Positions 10,545 to 21,032 of a DNA stretch of 64,000 bases are shown piece after piece. Position numbers and translations under genes: made by a program. Below the pieces are notes generated by a model. It saw nothing but the letters and a program-made list of their open reading frames with translations. It was not told the DNA's origin and did no database searches. Source of the DNA: Candidatus Falkowbacteria bacterium (GTDB lineage: Bacteria; Patescibacteriota; Patescibacteriia; Patescibacteriales; UBA12465); NCBI GenBank assembly GCA_903847415.1, contig CAINDR010000015.1, forward strand, positions 33,872 through 97,871, written 5' to 3'. Numbering within the stretch: the stretch's first letter is position 1; each line of letters begins with the position of its first letter.

Positions 10545-10784
10545 ATGGCAAATAGCAAACTTGATTTAATTATCGACAAAATAAACGATCTTAAAGACGG
10601 CAATTCGCACGAGCATGAGGAGATTAAAAAGCGACTTGATTTGACCAATGGCAATGTAGCTAAAAATACGGCATTCAGAATTGAGGTTTCAACAACGATT
10701 AAAAATCTCAAGTGGCTATTAGGTTTATTGGGTATTGGTAATATCGCCAACCTGATTTACATCATTATTAAATATCAGCGTTAA
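10545..10784 (+). CDS. Small membrane protein (holin/antiholin-like)
   Basis: 79 aa with a C-terminal TM segment LKWLLGLLGIGNIANLIYIII. Between the holin-like gene and the amidase. Confidence 0.3.
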   Translation: MANSKLDLIIDKINDLKDGNSHEHEEIKKRLDLTNGNVAKNTAFRIEVSTTIKNLKWLLGLLGIGNIANLIYIIIKYQR

Positions 10785-10788
10785 ATTT

Positions 10789-11232
10789 ATGCAAAAAATC
10801 AAATACATCATGCTTCATCATTCGGCTGTGTCGCATGAAAAGAATGCTGATCAGTTTGTGGCTAATAATAATTATCACAAGGCTCAGTGGAATTTTAAGA
10901 GTTCGATGGGCTATTATCTTGGATACAATTATGAAATTGCTAAGTCAGGCTTGGTTCGCCAAGCAAGGCGTGATGGTGAGCAAACAGCAGCGTGTTATCA
11001 AAAAAATATGAATAACGGTCAATGCGTTCATATTTGTTTAGATGGTAATTTTGACATAGAAAAGCCAGCACCAGAGCAGATTTATGCTTTACGAGATCTA
11101 GTTAAAAAGTTGGTTAGGACTTACGGTGTTATCAAGGGTAATATTATTTTTCATTCGGCTTATGCTCCAAAGACTTGCCCAGGCAAAAATATTGATATTA
11201 ATTTTGTTAGAGGTTTGGTTGATCAAAAATAG
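10789..11232 (+). CDS. N-acetylmuramoyl-L-alanine amidase endolysin (amidase_2 / PGRP fold)
   Basis: IMLHHSAV...H-x-A...HSAYAPKTCPG pattern typical of amidase_2 zinc amidases. 147 aa. Follows the holin-like genes. Confidence 0.75.
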   Translation: MQKIKYIMLHHSAVSHEKNADQFVANNNYHKAQWNFKSSMGYYLGYNYEIAKSGLVRQARRDGEQTAACYQKNMNNGQCVHICLDGNFDIEKPAPEQIYALRDLVKKLVRTYGVIKGNIIFHSAYAPKTCPGKNIDINFVRGLVDQK

Positions 11233-11310
11233 GGCTAGAATAGCGTGCAACCTTGGCAGAAATGCAGGCTCTTGCCAACCTTTTATTACTACGTTAACGT
11301 CGTCAACAAT

Positions 11311-11490
11311 ATGATAAATATTACAAAAAGACAATTTGAGGCATTTGAAAAAGTGCGACTATCAGGCAGGACTAATATGTTTGATTTTGAAACAGTTTCA
11401 AGGTTTGCGAATGTCGATATCGGTCGAGTTAAGACGATTATTGCCAACTATTCCAAGCTTAAATTTAAGTTTAAAAAAGATGCAGATTAA
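11311..11490 (+). CDS. Hypothetical small protein
   Basis: Internal ATG of track ORF 11245-11490. 59 aa. Confidence 0.2.
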   Translation: MINITKRQFEAFEKVRLSGRTNMFDFETVSRFANVDIGRVKTIIANYSKLKFKFKKDAD

Positions 11491-11671
11491 AGAGACTTTA
11501 AAAGATGTTATTCGTAATCGCACCTGCTTATTAGAGGTTATTGGCGAGAATATTGATTTGCATGCCGAAATTTATGCCAATTCTTTTTATAACGGTAAAC
11601 ATAGGACTAAGAAGGAGGTTATAAAAATTGTTATCGATAATTTAAACAATGAACTAGAAAAATATGATTAG
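11480..11671 (+). CDS. Hypothetical small protein
   Basis: Internal ATG of track ORF 11336-11671. 63 aa. Overlaps the neighbours by a few nt. Confidence 0.2.
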   Translation: MQIKETLKDVIRNRTCLLEVIGENIDLHAEIYANSFYNGKHRTKKEVIKIVIDNLNNELEKYD

Positions 11672-11990
11672 TGCAAGATTGCAAATTAAACCAGCGACCA
11701 AAGAACAGACTTATAGATCGGGTCGGCTTGGCACAATACATGCCAGCTATGATGAATTGGTAGAGTTATTTGGTGAGCCACATGACTGCACCAAAGATGG
11801 TCAGTGGTTTTCAAGTGATGGTAAGATTAGGGTTGAGTGGGCTTTTGTCATTAAGGGGGATGAAGGTAGGGTATTTACGATATATGATTATAAGAGTCAG
11901 TGGCCACTAGATAAAATCAAGCAGTGGAATTTGGGAGGGAAGGATGTTAAAATTAAGGATTCGCTAGCTTTAATGCTAAAAGTTGAGTAA
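11664..11990 (+). CDS. Hypothetical protein
   Basis: 108-aa ORF, followed by a strong terminator. Confidence 0.3.
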   Translation: MISARLQIKPATKEQTYRSGRLGTIHASYDELVELFGEPHDCTKDGQWFSSDGKIRVEWAFVIKGDEGRVFTIYDYKSQWPLDKIKQWNLGGKDVKIKDSLALMLKVE

Positions 11991-12008
11991 AAATTAATAA
12001 TTATTACT

Positions 12009-12036
12009 ACCTCACTTATTCGGTGAGGTTTTTTGT
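12009..12036 (+). terminator. Rho-independent terminator
   Basis: Hairpin ACCTCAC ttattcg GTGAGGT followed by a T-run. Closes the phage late-gene block. Confidence 0.5.
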
Positions 12037-12145
12037 TTATCAAAAAATTGGTTTTACTGTAATTTTGACAAATACTGCCATTTTTTGACATTAAGCAAAT
12101 TTAGCAGTAAGATATATTTATACAAACTTAGCCTAAAATGATTAT

Positions 12146-12328
12146 ATGGAAAGCAAACAAGACAAACTTTTAACTATTGAAGAGGTGGCAGAAATCTTAA
12201 GAGTTAGCACTAGGTCGGTAATCAGATATATTGAATCAGAGAAGCTAAAAGCTTCAAAAATTGGTGTTTGGAGAATTAAATCTTCTGATGTTGATTTATT
12301 CTTGGAACAGACCAGTAACAAAAGTTAA
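12146..12328 (+). CDS. Helix-turn-helix DNA-binding protein (excisionase/MerR-like)
   Basis: 60 aa. LTIEEVAEILRVSTRSVIRYIESEKLKASKIG is the typical excisionase-family HTH pattern. Confidence 0.5.
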   Translation: MESKQDKLLTIEEVAEILRVSTRSVIRYIESEKLKASKIGVWRIKSSDVDLFLEQTSNKS

Positions 12329-12350
12329 TAAAATATTTAAATATTCTTAT

Positions 12351-13928
12351 ATGTCAGAAGAACAAAAAAGATTACTCGAAAAGCAACTTTGGGGAGTAGC
12401 TAACGTGTTGCGTGGCAAGATGAATGCTGATGAATATAAAAACTATATTCTTGGTTTTATATTTTATAAGTATTTATCCGAAAAGCTTGAAAGATACGTT
12501 AACGAAAAATTGCTTGCCAGTGACAATGTTGTTTTTGTTGATATTAATGAAAATACAAAAGAGGGTAAGGAATATATTGAGAATATCGAATCGGCATGTG
12601 TTAGTCACTTGGGTTTCTTTTTAAAACCAACCGAGTTGTTTTCATATCTAGTTAATAAGGGAAAGGGAAATATTGATGGACAAAAAACATTTATTCTTGA
12701 GGACTTAAAAAACATTTTAAACAGTATCGAACAAACTTCGATGGGAACGGCCAGTGAAGATGATTTTAAGGGACTTTTTGACGATGTTGATTTAACCTCA
12801 TCTAAACTGGGATCGAGTGAGAATAAAAAAAATGATGTTATTGTGGAGGTATTGTCCTTGCTTAGCGGAATTGATTTTAAATTAGAAGATGCAAAAAATG
12901 ATTTGCTCGGTGATGCTTATGAGTATTTGATTGGAGAATTCGCAGCTGGAGCAGGCAAAAAGGGCGGTGAATTTTATACTCCAGCTCAAGTATCTCGCTT
13001 GTTAGCACAGATTGTATCTGTAGATAAAAAGCGAGTACGTTCAGTTTTTGATCCCACCTGCGGATCAGGATCTCTTTTGTTGCGTCTTAAAGACTATGTA
13101 GAAGTATCGGATTACTATGGTCAAGAATTAAATCCTACTACTTACAACTTGGCACGCATGAACATGATATTGCATGGAGTTCATTTTGACCACTTTAAAA
13201 TTAAGCAGGGAGATACTTTGACCGAAGACATGCATCCAGATCTTAAAGCTGAGGCGGTGATTGCAAATCCTCCATTTTCCGCAAAGTGGAAAGGAGAAGA
13301 AGATCCACAATTGGCAAATGACGATAGATTCTCGCAGTATGGTAGATTAGCGCCCAAGGGTGCGGCTGATTATGCTTTTATAACACACATGCTTTATCAT
13401 CTTTCTGACAACGGCACTATGGCCATAGTTTTACCCCATGGTGCATTATTTCGTTCAGGAGCAGAAGAACATATAAGAAAATATATTATTGAAAAACAGA
13501 ATTATCTTGATGCTGTTATAGGCTTGCCAGCTAATCTTTTTTATGGAACTAGTATTCCAGCAACAATTTTAGTTTTTAAAAAATGTCGAAAGGATAACGA
13601 AGATATTATATTTATTGACGGATCGAAGGAATTTGAAAGGGGTAAAAATCAAAATAAATTAAGTGATGAAAATATTGCTAAAATTTTTAATACTTATAAA
13701 GATCGTAAGGAAATCGAAAGGTATTCTCATAAGGCTGGCTTGGAAGAAATAAAAGATAATGAATATAATTTAAACATTCCTAGATATATTGATAGTGTTG
13801 AAGCGGAACAGCAAATAAATTTAGAAGATGTGTCTAAAAATTTAAAAGAATTAGGTGTAAATGTATTAGAGATTGAGAATATTATCGAGGGATTTTGCAA
13901 TGAGCTCAAAATAAGTAAACCATTCTAA
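12351..13928 (+). CDS. hsdM: Type I restriction-modification system methyltransferase subunit
   Basis: N6-adenine methyltransferase motifs: DPTCGSGS (motif I) and IANPPFS (motif IV, NPPF). HsdM-like N-terminal domain. ATG 12351 chosen within track ORF 12261-13928. Confidence 0.85.
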   Translation: MSEEQKRLLEKQLWGVANVLRGKMNADEYKNYILGFIFYKYLSEKLERYVNEKLLASDNVVFVDINENTKEGKEYIENIESACVSHLGFFLKPTELFSYLVNKGKGNIDGQKTFILEDLKNILNSIEQTSMGTASEDDFKGLFDDVDLTSSKLGSSENKKNDVIVEVLSLLSGIDFKLEDAKNDLLGDAYEYLIGEFAAGAGKKGGEFYTPAQVSRLLAQIVSVDKKRVRSVFDPTCGSGSLLLRLKDYVEVSDYYGQELNPTTYNLARMNMILHGVHFDHFKIKQGDTLTEDMHPDLKAEAVIANPPFSAKWKGEEDPQLANDDRFSQYGRLAPKGAADYAFITHMLYHLSDNGTMAIVLPHGALFRSGAEEHIRKYIIEKQNYLDAVIGLPANLFYGTSIPATILVFKKCRKDNEDIIFIDGSKEFERGKNQNKLSDENIAKIFNTYKDRKEIERYSHKAGLEEIKDNEYNLNIPRYIDSVEAEQQINLEDVSKNLKELGVNVLEIENIIEGFCNELKISKPF

Positions 13929-13931
13929 GAT

Positions 13932-15119
13932 ATGATAGATACAAAGCTAAAAATAAATAATAAAAACTTGTTTCCAGAATTACGATTTCCAGATTTTAAA
14001 GAGCCTTGGCAAAGAAAAAAACTTAATGAAGTTTTCAAAGAAATAACAGAAACTATAGGAGATAGAAATATTGAAACATACAGTGTAACAGCTGGAAAAG
14101 GTTTTGTTAGCCAAAAAGAAAAGTTTGGTAAAAATATATCCGGGCAACAAAATTCTAAATATATTGTTCTTGGGTCTAATGACTTTTCTTATAATAAAGG
14201 TAATTCAAAGACGTATAAGTGTGGTTGCATTTATTTAAACACTGAAGATAGAAAAATAGCTGTGCCAAATGTTTTTATTAGTTTTAGATTAATTGATAAA
14301 AATAATGATGCTTTTTATTTTTCAAAACTTTTTGAATCTCATTATTTAGATATTGGCTTAAGAAAGATTATTTCAAGCACTTCTAGGGCAGATGGGTTGT
14401 TGAATGTAAATAAAAAGAATTTCTTTAATCTTGAAATAATGTTGCCCAGTCAGCCCGAACAAAAAAAGATATCCATTTTTTTATCTACAATTGATAAGTG
14501 GATTGAAAATTTATACAACCAAAAAGTATTTTTGCAAGAATATAAAAAAAGTATTGCCCAGAAGATATTTTCCCAAGAAATTAGATTTAAGGATGATGAT
14601 GGTAACTCTTTTGATGATTGGAAATGGAATAAATTGAGTGATATTTGCACCATTAAAACGGGAAAAAAAGATGTAAATGAAGGTAATCCAAAAGGAGCTT
14701 ACCCTTTTTTTACTTGTGCAAAGAAGCCGACTTATTGTGATAGCTATTCATTTGATTGTGAGGCAATTCTGATTGCCGGCAATGGAGAAGTGGGGCATTG
14801 CCAAAAGTATAGTGGTAAATTTGAAGCATATCAAAGAACTTATGTGTTAAGTAATTTTATGTGTAATTCTGATTATTTATTTGCTTTTTTAAATTCGTTT
14901 TTTCAGATTTATGTAAATAGTAAAAAGCAAACAGGTGCGATGCCTTATATAAAACTTGGGATGCTGGAAAACTACACTATACCTATATTATCTTTATTGG
15001 AGCAACAGAAAATTGCTAACTTTCTAAATTCAATAGATAAATTTATTGAATTAAAAGAAAAGGAGATTGTAAAAGCCGAAGAGTGGAAAGTCGGGTTAAC
15101 ACAAAAATTATTTATATAA
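13932..15119 (+). CDS. hsdS: Type I restriction-modification system specificity subunit
   Basis: 395 aa. Sits between hsdM and hsdR with 3-nt gaps. Two-domain organisation separated by a conserved helical spacer (LPSQPEQKKISIFL, LEQQKIANFL). Confidence 0.7.
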   Translation: MIDTKLKINNKNLFPELRFPDFKEPWQRKKLNEVFKEITETIGDRNIETYSVTAGKGFVSQKEKFGKNISGQQNSKYIVLGSNDFSYNKGNSKTYKCGCIYLNTEDRKIAVPNVFISFRLIDKNNDAFYFSKLFESHYLDIGLRKIISSTSRADGLLNVNKKNFFNLEIMLPSQPEQKKISIFLSTIDKWIENLYNQKVFLQEYKKSIAQKIFSQEIRFKDDDGNSFDDWKWNKLSDICTIKTGKKDVNEGNPKGAYPFFTCAKKPTYCDSYSFDCEAILIAGNGEVGHCQKYSGKFEAYQRTYVLSNFMCNSDYLFAFLNSFFQIYVNSKKQTGAMPYIKLGMLENYTIPILSLLEQQKIANFLNSIDKFIELKEKEIVKAEEWKVGLTQKLFI

Positions 15120-15121
15120 AT

Positions 15122-17920
15122 ATGTCACATCAATCAGAATTACAACTTGAAAAAACCTTGATAAGTCAGCTCGAAAGACTGGGGTTTGAGTCGGTTATCT
15201 TAGAAGACACTAAGTCTTTAGATATAAATTTAAAAACACAGTTGGAAAAGTTTAATAAAACGACTTTTTCAGATTTAGAGTTTTCAAGAATATTAAATCA
15301 TCTTAAAAAAGGGGATAGATTTCATAAAGCAAAAATTCTAAGAGATCGTTTTGTGTTGTCTCGTGACGATGACAGTAAATTTTGGGTGCGTTTCTTTAAT
15401 ATGGAGCAGTGGTGTAAGAATGAATATCAAGTAACCAATCAGATCACAAATGTCGGGCGTTATGAAAATAGATACGATGTCACATTGCTTATAAACGGTT
15501 TACCATTAGTTCATATTGAATTAAAAAGACGTGGAATTGAGATGAAAGAAGCTTTTAATCAGATTCAGCGTTATCACAAGCACTCGTTTACAGGAACGCT
15601 GTTTGAATTCGTTCAGATATTTGTAATTTCTAACGGAGTAAATACTAAATATTTTGCTAATAACCCTAAACAATCATTTGAGCAGACATTTTATTGGACA
15701 GATGAAAAAAATAATAAGATAACTCAACTCGATGAATTTGCTTCAGTCTTTTTGGAAAAATGTTCTGTGTCAAAAACTATTGCAGAATATATAGTGTTGG
15801 CAGAGTCATTGCAAATTCCAATGATACTTCGCCCTTATCAGTATTATGCGGTCAAGGCTATAGAGAATCGTGTAAAAGAATCAGGTAAAAATGGTTATAT
15901 TTGGCATACAACTGGATCTGGAAAAACATTAACATCATACAAGGCCAGTCAAATACTTTCACAAAACCCTGAAATAAAAAAGGTATTATTTGTGGTTGAT
16001 CGTAAGGATTTGGATATTCAGACAACTAAAGAATTTAATTCGTTTTCTGACGGGTCTGTAGATGGCACAAATTATACTAGAAATCTGGTAGCACAATTAA
16101 AAGACCCAAGCAGAAAATTAATTGTGACGACTATCCAGAAATTGGATATTGCGATTGGCAGAGAATCATATCTTAAACAGTTTGAAAGTCTGGCTAACGA
16201 AAAAATAGTTATTATTTTTGATGAGTGTCATCGTAGTCAATTTGGTCAGACTCATGCTCGCATTAAGGGCTTCTTTAAGAAAGCCCAGTTATTTGGTTTT
16301 ACAGGTACGCCTATCTTTGCGGATAATAATGTTGGGGGAGTTACTACTGCCGATGTTTTTGGTGAATGCTTACATAAATATATAATCACTAATGCAATAT
16401 CGGATAATAATGTACTTGGCTTTGCCGTTGAGTATGTTGGCAAATATACTCAGAAAGATCAAAGTACTTTGGATGCAGATATTTTTGCTGAAACATTGGT
16501 TGAGGGTATAGATACTAAGGAAGTTCTAGAAAGTCCGGAAAGATTAAACAAGATCACTGACTATGTTTTAGCTGATTGGAAAAGAAAAACAAAGAACGGT
16601 AAGTTTAACGCTTTGTTTGCAGTTTCCAGTATTGAAGTTTTGAAAAAATATTATACTTTATTTAAGACTAAAAAATCAGACGACCTTAAAATCGCTACTA
16701 TCTTTACTTATCAAGTGAATGAAGATGAAAGCGGAGACATGCTTGATTTTGATGTTTTTGCTGGAGAGGAAGCTACTGGTAATCAGCATTCTAGGAATTT
16801 TTTAGAAGCTTGTATCAAGGATTATAACTTATTATATTCGACCAATTTCTCAACTGATCGCTTTTATGATTATTACAAAGACCTGCAAAAAAGAATTAAG
16901 GATAAAGAGGTTGATTTAGTCTTGGTGGTTAATATGTTTTTGACGGGATTTGATAGTCCAAGACTCAATACACTTTATGTTGATAAAAATTTGCAATATC
17001 ATGGATTAATTCAGGCCTACTCTAGAACTAATAGATTATTGAATTCTGATAAGCCCCACGGGAATGTCGTATCTTTTAGAAATTTAAAAAAGGCTACCGA
17101 CAAAGCTTTAGCACTTTTTGGTGATGAAAATGCTAAAGAAATAGTTTTTAAAAGGCCATACGATGAACAGAAAAAAGAATTTGAAGATAAATTGTCAGAA
17201 TTACGTGAAGCGGTTCCAACTGTTAGTTCTGTTGATTCTTTGCAAAGCGAGGAGGAAAAGGCCGTTTTTGTTAAAACATTTCGTGATTTGCTTCGCATTA
17301 AATCTTCGCTTGAAACATTTTCTGATTTTTCTTTTGGAGATTTAGGAATAAGCGAGCAAGAATTTTATGATTACCAAAGTAAATATTTGGATGTTTACGA
17401 GGATCGAAAAAATGAAGAAAGTACGGCGGAATCAATTCTTGATCAGATTGATTTTGAACTTGAACTTACTGTCCGTGATATTATTAATTTTGATTATATA
17501 ATTCTGTTAATAGCTGGTTTGAAATGCATTACTTCTGATGTGTTGCGAAAAAAGAAAGCAGAAGAAATACTTCGTATTTTTGACAGAGATGTGCAGTTGC
17601 GAAAAAAGAAAGATTTAATTCGCAAATTTATTGAAGAGAACTTGCCAAAAATTAGCAAGATGGATGATGTTGAAAAAGCATTTAATCATTTTTGGACAAG
17701 TGAAAGAGCCGAGGTATTAAAAAAATTAGCTGAAGATGAGAACATTCCTACTGAAAAGATTGAAGGCTTGATTGGTGAATATTTATATACTCAGAAATTA
17801 CCAAGAGAACAAGATATTGCTGATATGCTACCAGTCCAGCCAAAAATCATGGAAAGAAAGGGTATTATAAACAGGATTAAGAATGCAATTGAAAATATCG
17901 TTGATATGTTTGAGTGGTAA
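15122..17920 (+). CDS. hsdR: Type I restriction enzyme endonuclease/helicase subunit
   Basis: Roughly 930 aa. Walker A TTGSGKT and DEAH-like FDECHRSQ helicase motifs. N-terminal nuclease region. ATG at 15122 directly after the hsdS stop. Confidence 0.85.
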   Translation: MSHQSELQLEKTLISQLERLGFESVILEDTKSLDINLKTQLEKFNKTTFSDLEFSRILNHLKKGDRFHKAKILRDRFVLSRDDDSKFWVRFFNMEQWCKNEYQVTNQITNVGRYENRYDVTLLINGLPLVHIELKRRGIEMKEAFNQIQRYHKHSFTGTLFEFVQIFVISNGVNTKYFANNPKQSFEQTFYWTDEKNNKITQLDEFASVFLEKCSVSKTIAEYIVLAESLQIPMILRPYQYYAVKAIENRVKESGKNGYIWHTTGSGKTLTSYKASQILSQNPEIKKVLFVVDRKDLDIQTTKEFNSFSDGSVDGTNYTRNLVAQLKDPSRKLIVTTIQKLDIAIGRESYLKQFESLANEKIVIIFDECHRSQFGQTHARIKGFFKKAQLFGFTGTPIFADNNVGGVTTADVFGECLHKYIITNAISDNNVLGFAVEYVGKYTQKDQSTLDADIFAETLVEGIDTKEVLESPERLNKITDYVLADWKRKTKNGKFNALFAVSSIEVLKKYYTLFKTKKSDDLKIATIFTYQVNEDESGDMLDFDVFAGEEATGNQHSRNFLEACIKDYNLLYSTNFSTDRFYDYYKDLQKRIKDKEVDLVLVVNMFLTGFDSPRLNTLYVDKNLQYHGLIQAYSRTNRLLNSDKPHGNVVSFRNLKKATDKALALFGDENAKEIVFKRPYDEQKKEFEDKLSELREAVPTVSSVDSLQSEEEKAVFVKTFRDLLRIKSSLETFSDFSFGDLGISEQEFYDYQSKYLDVYEDRKNEESTAESILDQIDFELELTVRDIINFDYIILLIAGLKCITSDVLRKKKAEEILRIFDRDVQLRKKKDLIRKFIEENLPKISKMDDVEKAFNHFWTSERAEVLKKLAEDENIPTEKIEGLIGEYLYTQKLPREQDIADMLPVQPKIMERKGIINRIKNAIENIVDMFEW

Positions 17921-17937
17921 TTATTATAAGACGACCT

Positions 17938-19971
17938 ATGATTAAAAATAAAACTAAAAATTTAGTATATTTGTTTACCTTTACTGGAGCTTTATTTTGT
18001 TTAAAGTTTTTAGTCATTGATAAAGCCTTTCCGAACATTTCAAATGATGCACAAGTTTGGTTTACAAGCGGATTGCTATTGATTGTTCTTGGGGTATTTG
18101 TTACGGAGAAATTTTTCACTAAGCCGTTGGATGTAATAGTTAATATTATAACTTTAGCAGTGGTTTTATCCATGTTGGATCATAAAGATAAGTTTTTGTT
18201 ATTTTTCCCATTATCAGTTTATCTTGTAATTATTGCTCTTGTTGCTTTGGTTTCGTTCGTTTTGATTGATCAAGAAAAAGATAGAAATCATTTGTCACAA
18301 AGAATTGCGAATTCAGCAAATATTATTTCTGGTTTTTTGGGTAGCTCTAAAATGTTGTTTTCAATTGTTTTTATTTTATCAATTTTTAGCTATTTTATAG
18401 CCTCACTGGAAAATGACAGTCTAATTAATAAGGGGCAAATAGCTATAATGTTATTAATTATATTTTGGGGAGTAGCTATTTTAATGGAATCAATCGACAA
18501 AAAATTAATAACACCTTTGTTAAATAGAATTAAGAGTGAGGCAAAAATAAAAATGGTTGGGAAAGTGATTAAACGGTTAAGCCCGAATATTGTTTATGTT
18601 GAACAATCGCCATATTCGCCAGTATTAAAGTCGGGTGATCTCGTTTTTGTTGATGATATAAAAAATTCAAATGAAGGTAAGGAATTGCCCTGCATGATGT
18701 ATATATCGGAGCAAGAATCTGAAAATAAAAAATATTTACAATTTTATTGTTTCGATAATAACCATATTGACGTAAACAAACAGACCCATGTTTTTAAATC
18801 GTTTGTAGAAGCCCCCGCTAAAATATTGGAATCTGAAATATATGTTAACAGGGAAAATATAATTGGCTTTGTTTATTCAGATTCAGATATTGACGTAATA
18901 AAAGTAAAAATGATCGAGGGTGTTGATGAAAAAAAGGAACTAAAAGAGGGCGACTTAATCTCGGTAAATTTTTATAAAAACCATACAAAATATCAAATAA
19001 TTAATGTTGAAACAGAATTCGAAAATATTGACGGACAAAGCAAGAAAGGTGTTAAAATTATTACCGCTCAACAAATAGGATATTGGCAAGGAGAAAAACA
19101 AAAATTCGCTGATACGGGATGGGTGCCAAGTATAAATATGCCAGTTTTTATAGAAAATCAAACTGACGACATAGTAGATCTAGAAGGTAATTTCTTTCGT
19201 GTTGGTATTGTGCCAAGATCTAAGTATCCAATATACGTTGATTTGGATGAGTGTGTAACGCATCATATCGCGATAATTGGTAAAACTGGTACCGGAAAAT
19301 CTTACATGGCTTCAAGGGTAATCGAAAAAATGGCAATGAGCGGTTATAAAATAATAGTATTAGAAGTTGATCGTAACAATTCTCAGTCTTTATCAAAGTA
19401 TATTGATAGTAGTTTGATAGAGGAGCAGGGAGCGGATGCATTTAATCCATCAACTTCCACTAAAAACATAATTTCAATTGCATTGCAAATGGGTGAAGCT
19501 GTTAGGGGAGGCGGAACTGTTAATTTTAGTGATATGGCCGCAGAGCTAATTAACAAAGTGATTGCTTATCAAACTGGTAATCCTGATACGAAAATTTGTG
19601 TCGTTATGGAAGAAGCTTATGACTTCATTCCGGAAAATTCATTTGGCAAGCAAGAGTTTGGTCAGCCCAATGTGAGTCGTATTTCTCAGCAAGTTCTAAA
19701 GTGTAGAAAACATAATATCGGCTTTTTGATAATTACTCAAAGAACAGCATTGGTAACAAAAACAATTTTATATCAGTGCCATACTATTATTGCATTGCAA
19801 TCTTTTGATGAAACTTCAAAGAATTTCATGGGAGCTTATATTAATGGTAGATATTTAGACTCAATGAGTATTCTGCCTAAATTTCGTGCGATTGTGGTTG
19901 GCAAGGGTTCGACTTGTGATAAACCAGTAATAGTTGATTTTTTTGACAGTAAAGCTTCTAAAAATAATTAA
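17938..19971 (+). CDS. Membrane-anchored HerA/FtsK-superfamily (DUF87-like) P-loop ATPase
   Basis: About six N-terminal TM helices. Walker A HHIAIIGKTGTGKSY, Walker B ICVVMEEAYDF, and CRKHNIGFLIITQRTALV (arginine-finger region typical of HerA-like ATPases). Overlaps the hsdR stop. Confidence 0.5.
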   Translation: MIKNKTKNLVYLFTFTGALFCLKFLVIDKAFPNISNDAQVWFTSGLLLIVLGVFVTEKFFTKPLDVIVNIITLAVVLSMLDHKDKFLLFFPLSVYLVIIALVALVSFVLIDQEKDRNHLSQRIANSANIISGFLGSSKMLFSIVFILSIFSYFIASLENDSLINKGQIAIMLLIIFWGVAILMESIDKKLITPLLNRIKSEAKIKMVGKVIKRLSPNIVYVEQSPYSPVLKSGDLVFVDDIKNSNEGKELPCMMYISEQESENKKYLQFYCFDNNHIDVNKQTHVFKSFVEAPAKILESEIYVNRENIIGFVYSDSDIDVIKVKMIEGVDEKKELKEGDLISVNFYKNHTKYQIINVETEFENIDGQSKKGVKIITAQQIGYWQGEKQKFADTGWVPSINMPVFIENQTDDIVDLEGNFFRVGIVPRSKYPIYVDLDECVTHHIAIIGKTGTGKSYMASRVIEKMAMSGYKIIVLEVDRNNSQSLSKYIDSSLIEEQGADAFNPSTSTKNIISIALQMGEAVRGGGTVNFSDMAAELINKVIAYQTGNPDTKICVVMEEAYDFIPENSFGKQEFGQPNVSRISQQVLKCRKHNIGFLIITQRTALVTKTILYQCHTIIALQSFDETSKNFMGAYINGRYLDSMSILPKFRAIVVGKGSTCDKPVIVDFFDSKASKNN

Positions 19972-20006
19972 TAGCAATATTTCTAGGATATTGTTAAAGA
20001 AAATAT

Positions 20007-20921
20007 ATGGCATTATTCAAAAAAGATAACTCAAAGTTATCAGTTATTAACGAAAAACGAATAGATCTCGAGCGTGATATTCAAAGACTCACGGAAGAAA
20101 ATCTTGATTGCGTTTTTGGGCTTGAATTCGTTAGTACAGAGTTTGCTCTGCATAGTTTTAGAATTGATACTTTGGCATTTGATAAAGAGAGTGGTTCATT
20201 TGTAATTATTGAATATAAAAGAGATAGAAGCTTTAGTGTTATTGATCAGGGCTATGCGTATTTAGCACTCATGCTTAATAATAAATCTGACTTTATACTT
20301 GAGTACAATGAAAAAACCAATAATAATCTTAACAGGGCGGATGTTGATTGGACTCAATCTAAGGTTATTTTTATTGCCAATTCTTTTACTTCATATCAGA
20401 TGAATGCAATTAATTTTAAGGATTTGCCTATTGAATTGTGGGAAGTTAAATTTTTTGATAATGACGTAATTCTGTATAATCAGTTGCTATCTCAAGATTC
20501 AAGGGAATCAATAAAAACTATTACAAAAAATAATGATATAAATAGCGTTAGTAATGAGGTGAAAGTTTACACTCTTGAAGATCATCTTAATGTTCCTGAA
20601 AATACAAAGAATTTGTTTTTTGCTTTGAGGGAAAAAATTCTTGCTATTAATGACTCAATCGAGGAAAGACCTAAACAAAATTATGTCTCCTATAGACTGA
20701 GAAATGCTTTTGCTTACGTTCATAATCAACAGTCAAAAATTAAAATTCACTTAGAAATTCATAAAAATGAATTAAATGATCCACGTGGTATTGCTAGAGA
20801 TGTAACAAATGTTGGTCATCATGGTGGAGGTGAGACCGAGGTAATTTTAGATAGCGAAGAAAATTTAAATTATGTCTTTGATCTAATTGAACAGGCATAT
20901 CGTAAAATTTTAGGTAAGTAA
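20007..20921 (+). CDS. PD-(D/E)xK nuclease-like protein with uncharacterised C-terminal domain
   Basis: N-terminal FRIDTLAFDKESGSFVIIEYKRD gives D...E-x-K spacing typical of NucS/restriction-endonuclease-fold nucleases. 304 aa. Confidence 0.4.
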   Translation: MALFKKDNSKLSVINEKRIDLERDIQRLTEENLDCVFGLEFVSTEFALHSFRIDTLAFDKESGSFVIIEYKRDRSFSVIDQGYAYLALMLNNKSDFILEYNEKTNNNLNRADVDWTQSKVIFIANSFTSYQMNAINFKDLPIELWEVKFFDNDVILYNQLLSQDSRESIKTITKNNDINSVSNEVKVYTLEDHLNVPENTKNLFFALREKILAINDSIEERPKQNYVSYRLRNAFAYVHNQQSKIKIHLEIHKNELNDPRGIARDVTNVGHHGGGETEVILDSEENLNYVFDLIEQAYRKILGK

Positions 20922-21032
20922 ATTGTATGAAAAATTATTGCTTTTGTTGCTTTATTCTGATTTAGCAGGCGACATTTGCTTAAAATAGAATACGTGCTAG
21001 TTTAACTATTATTATTTTGTTATAATAAATTT

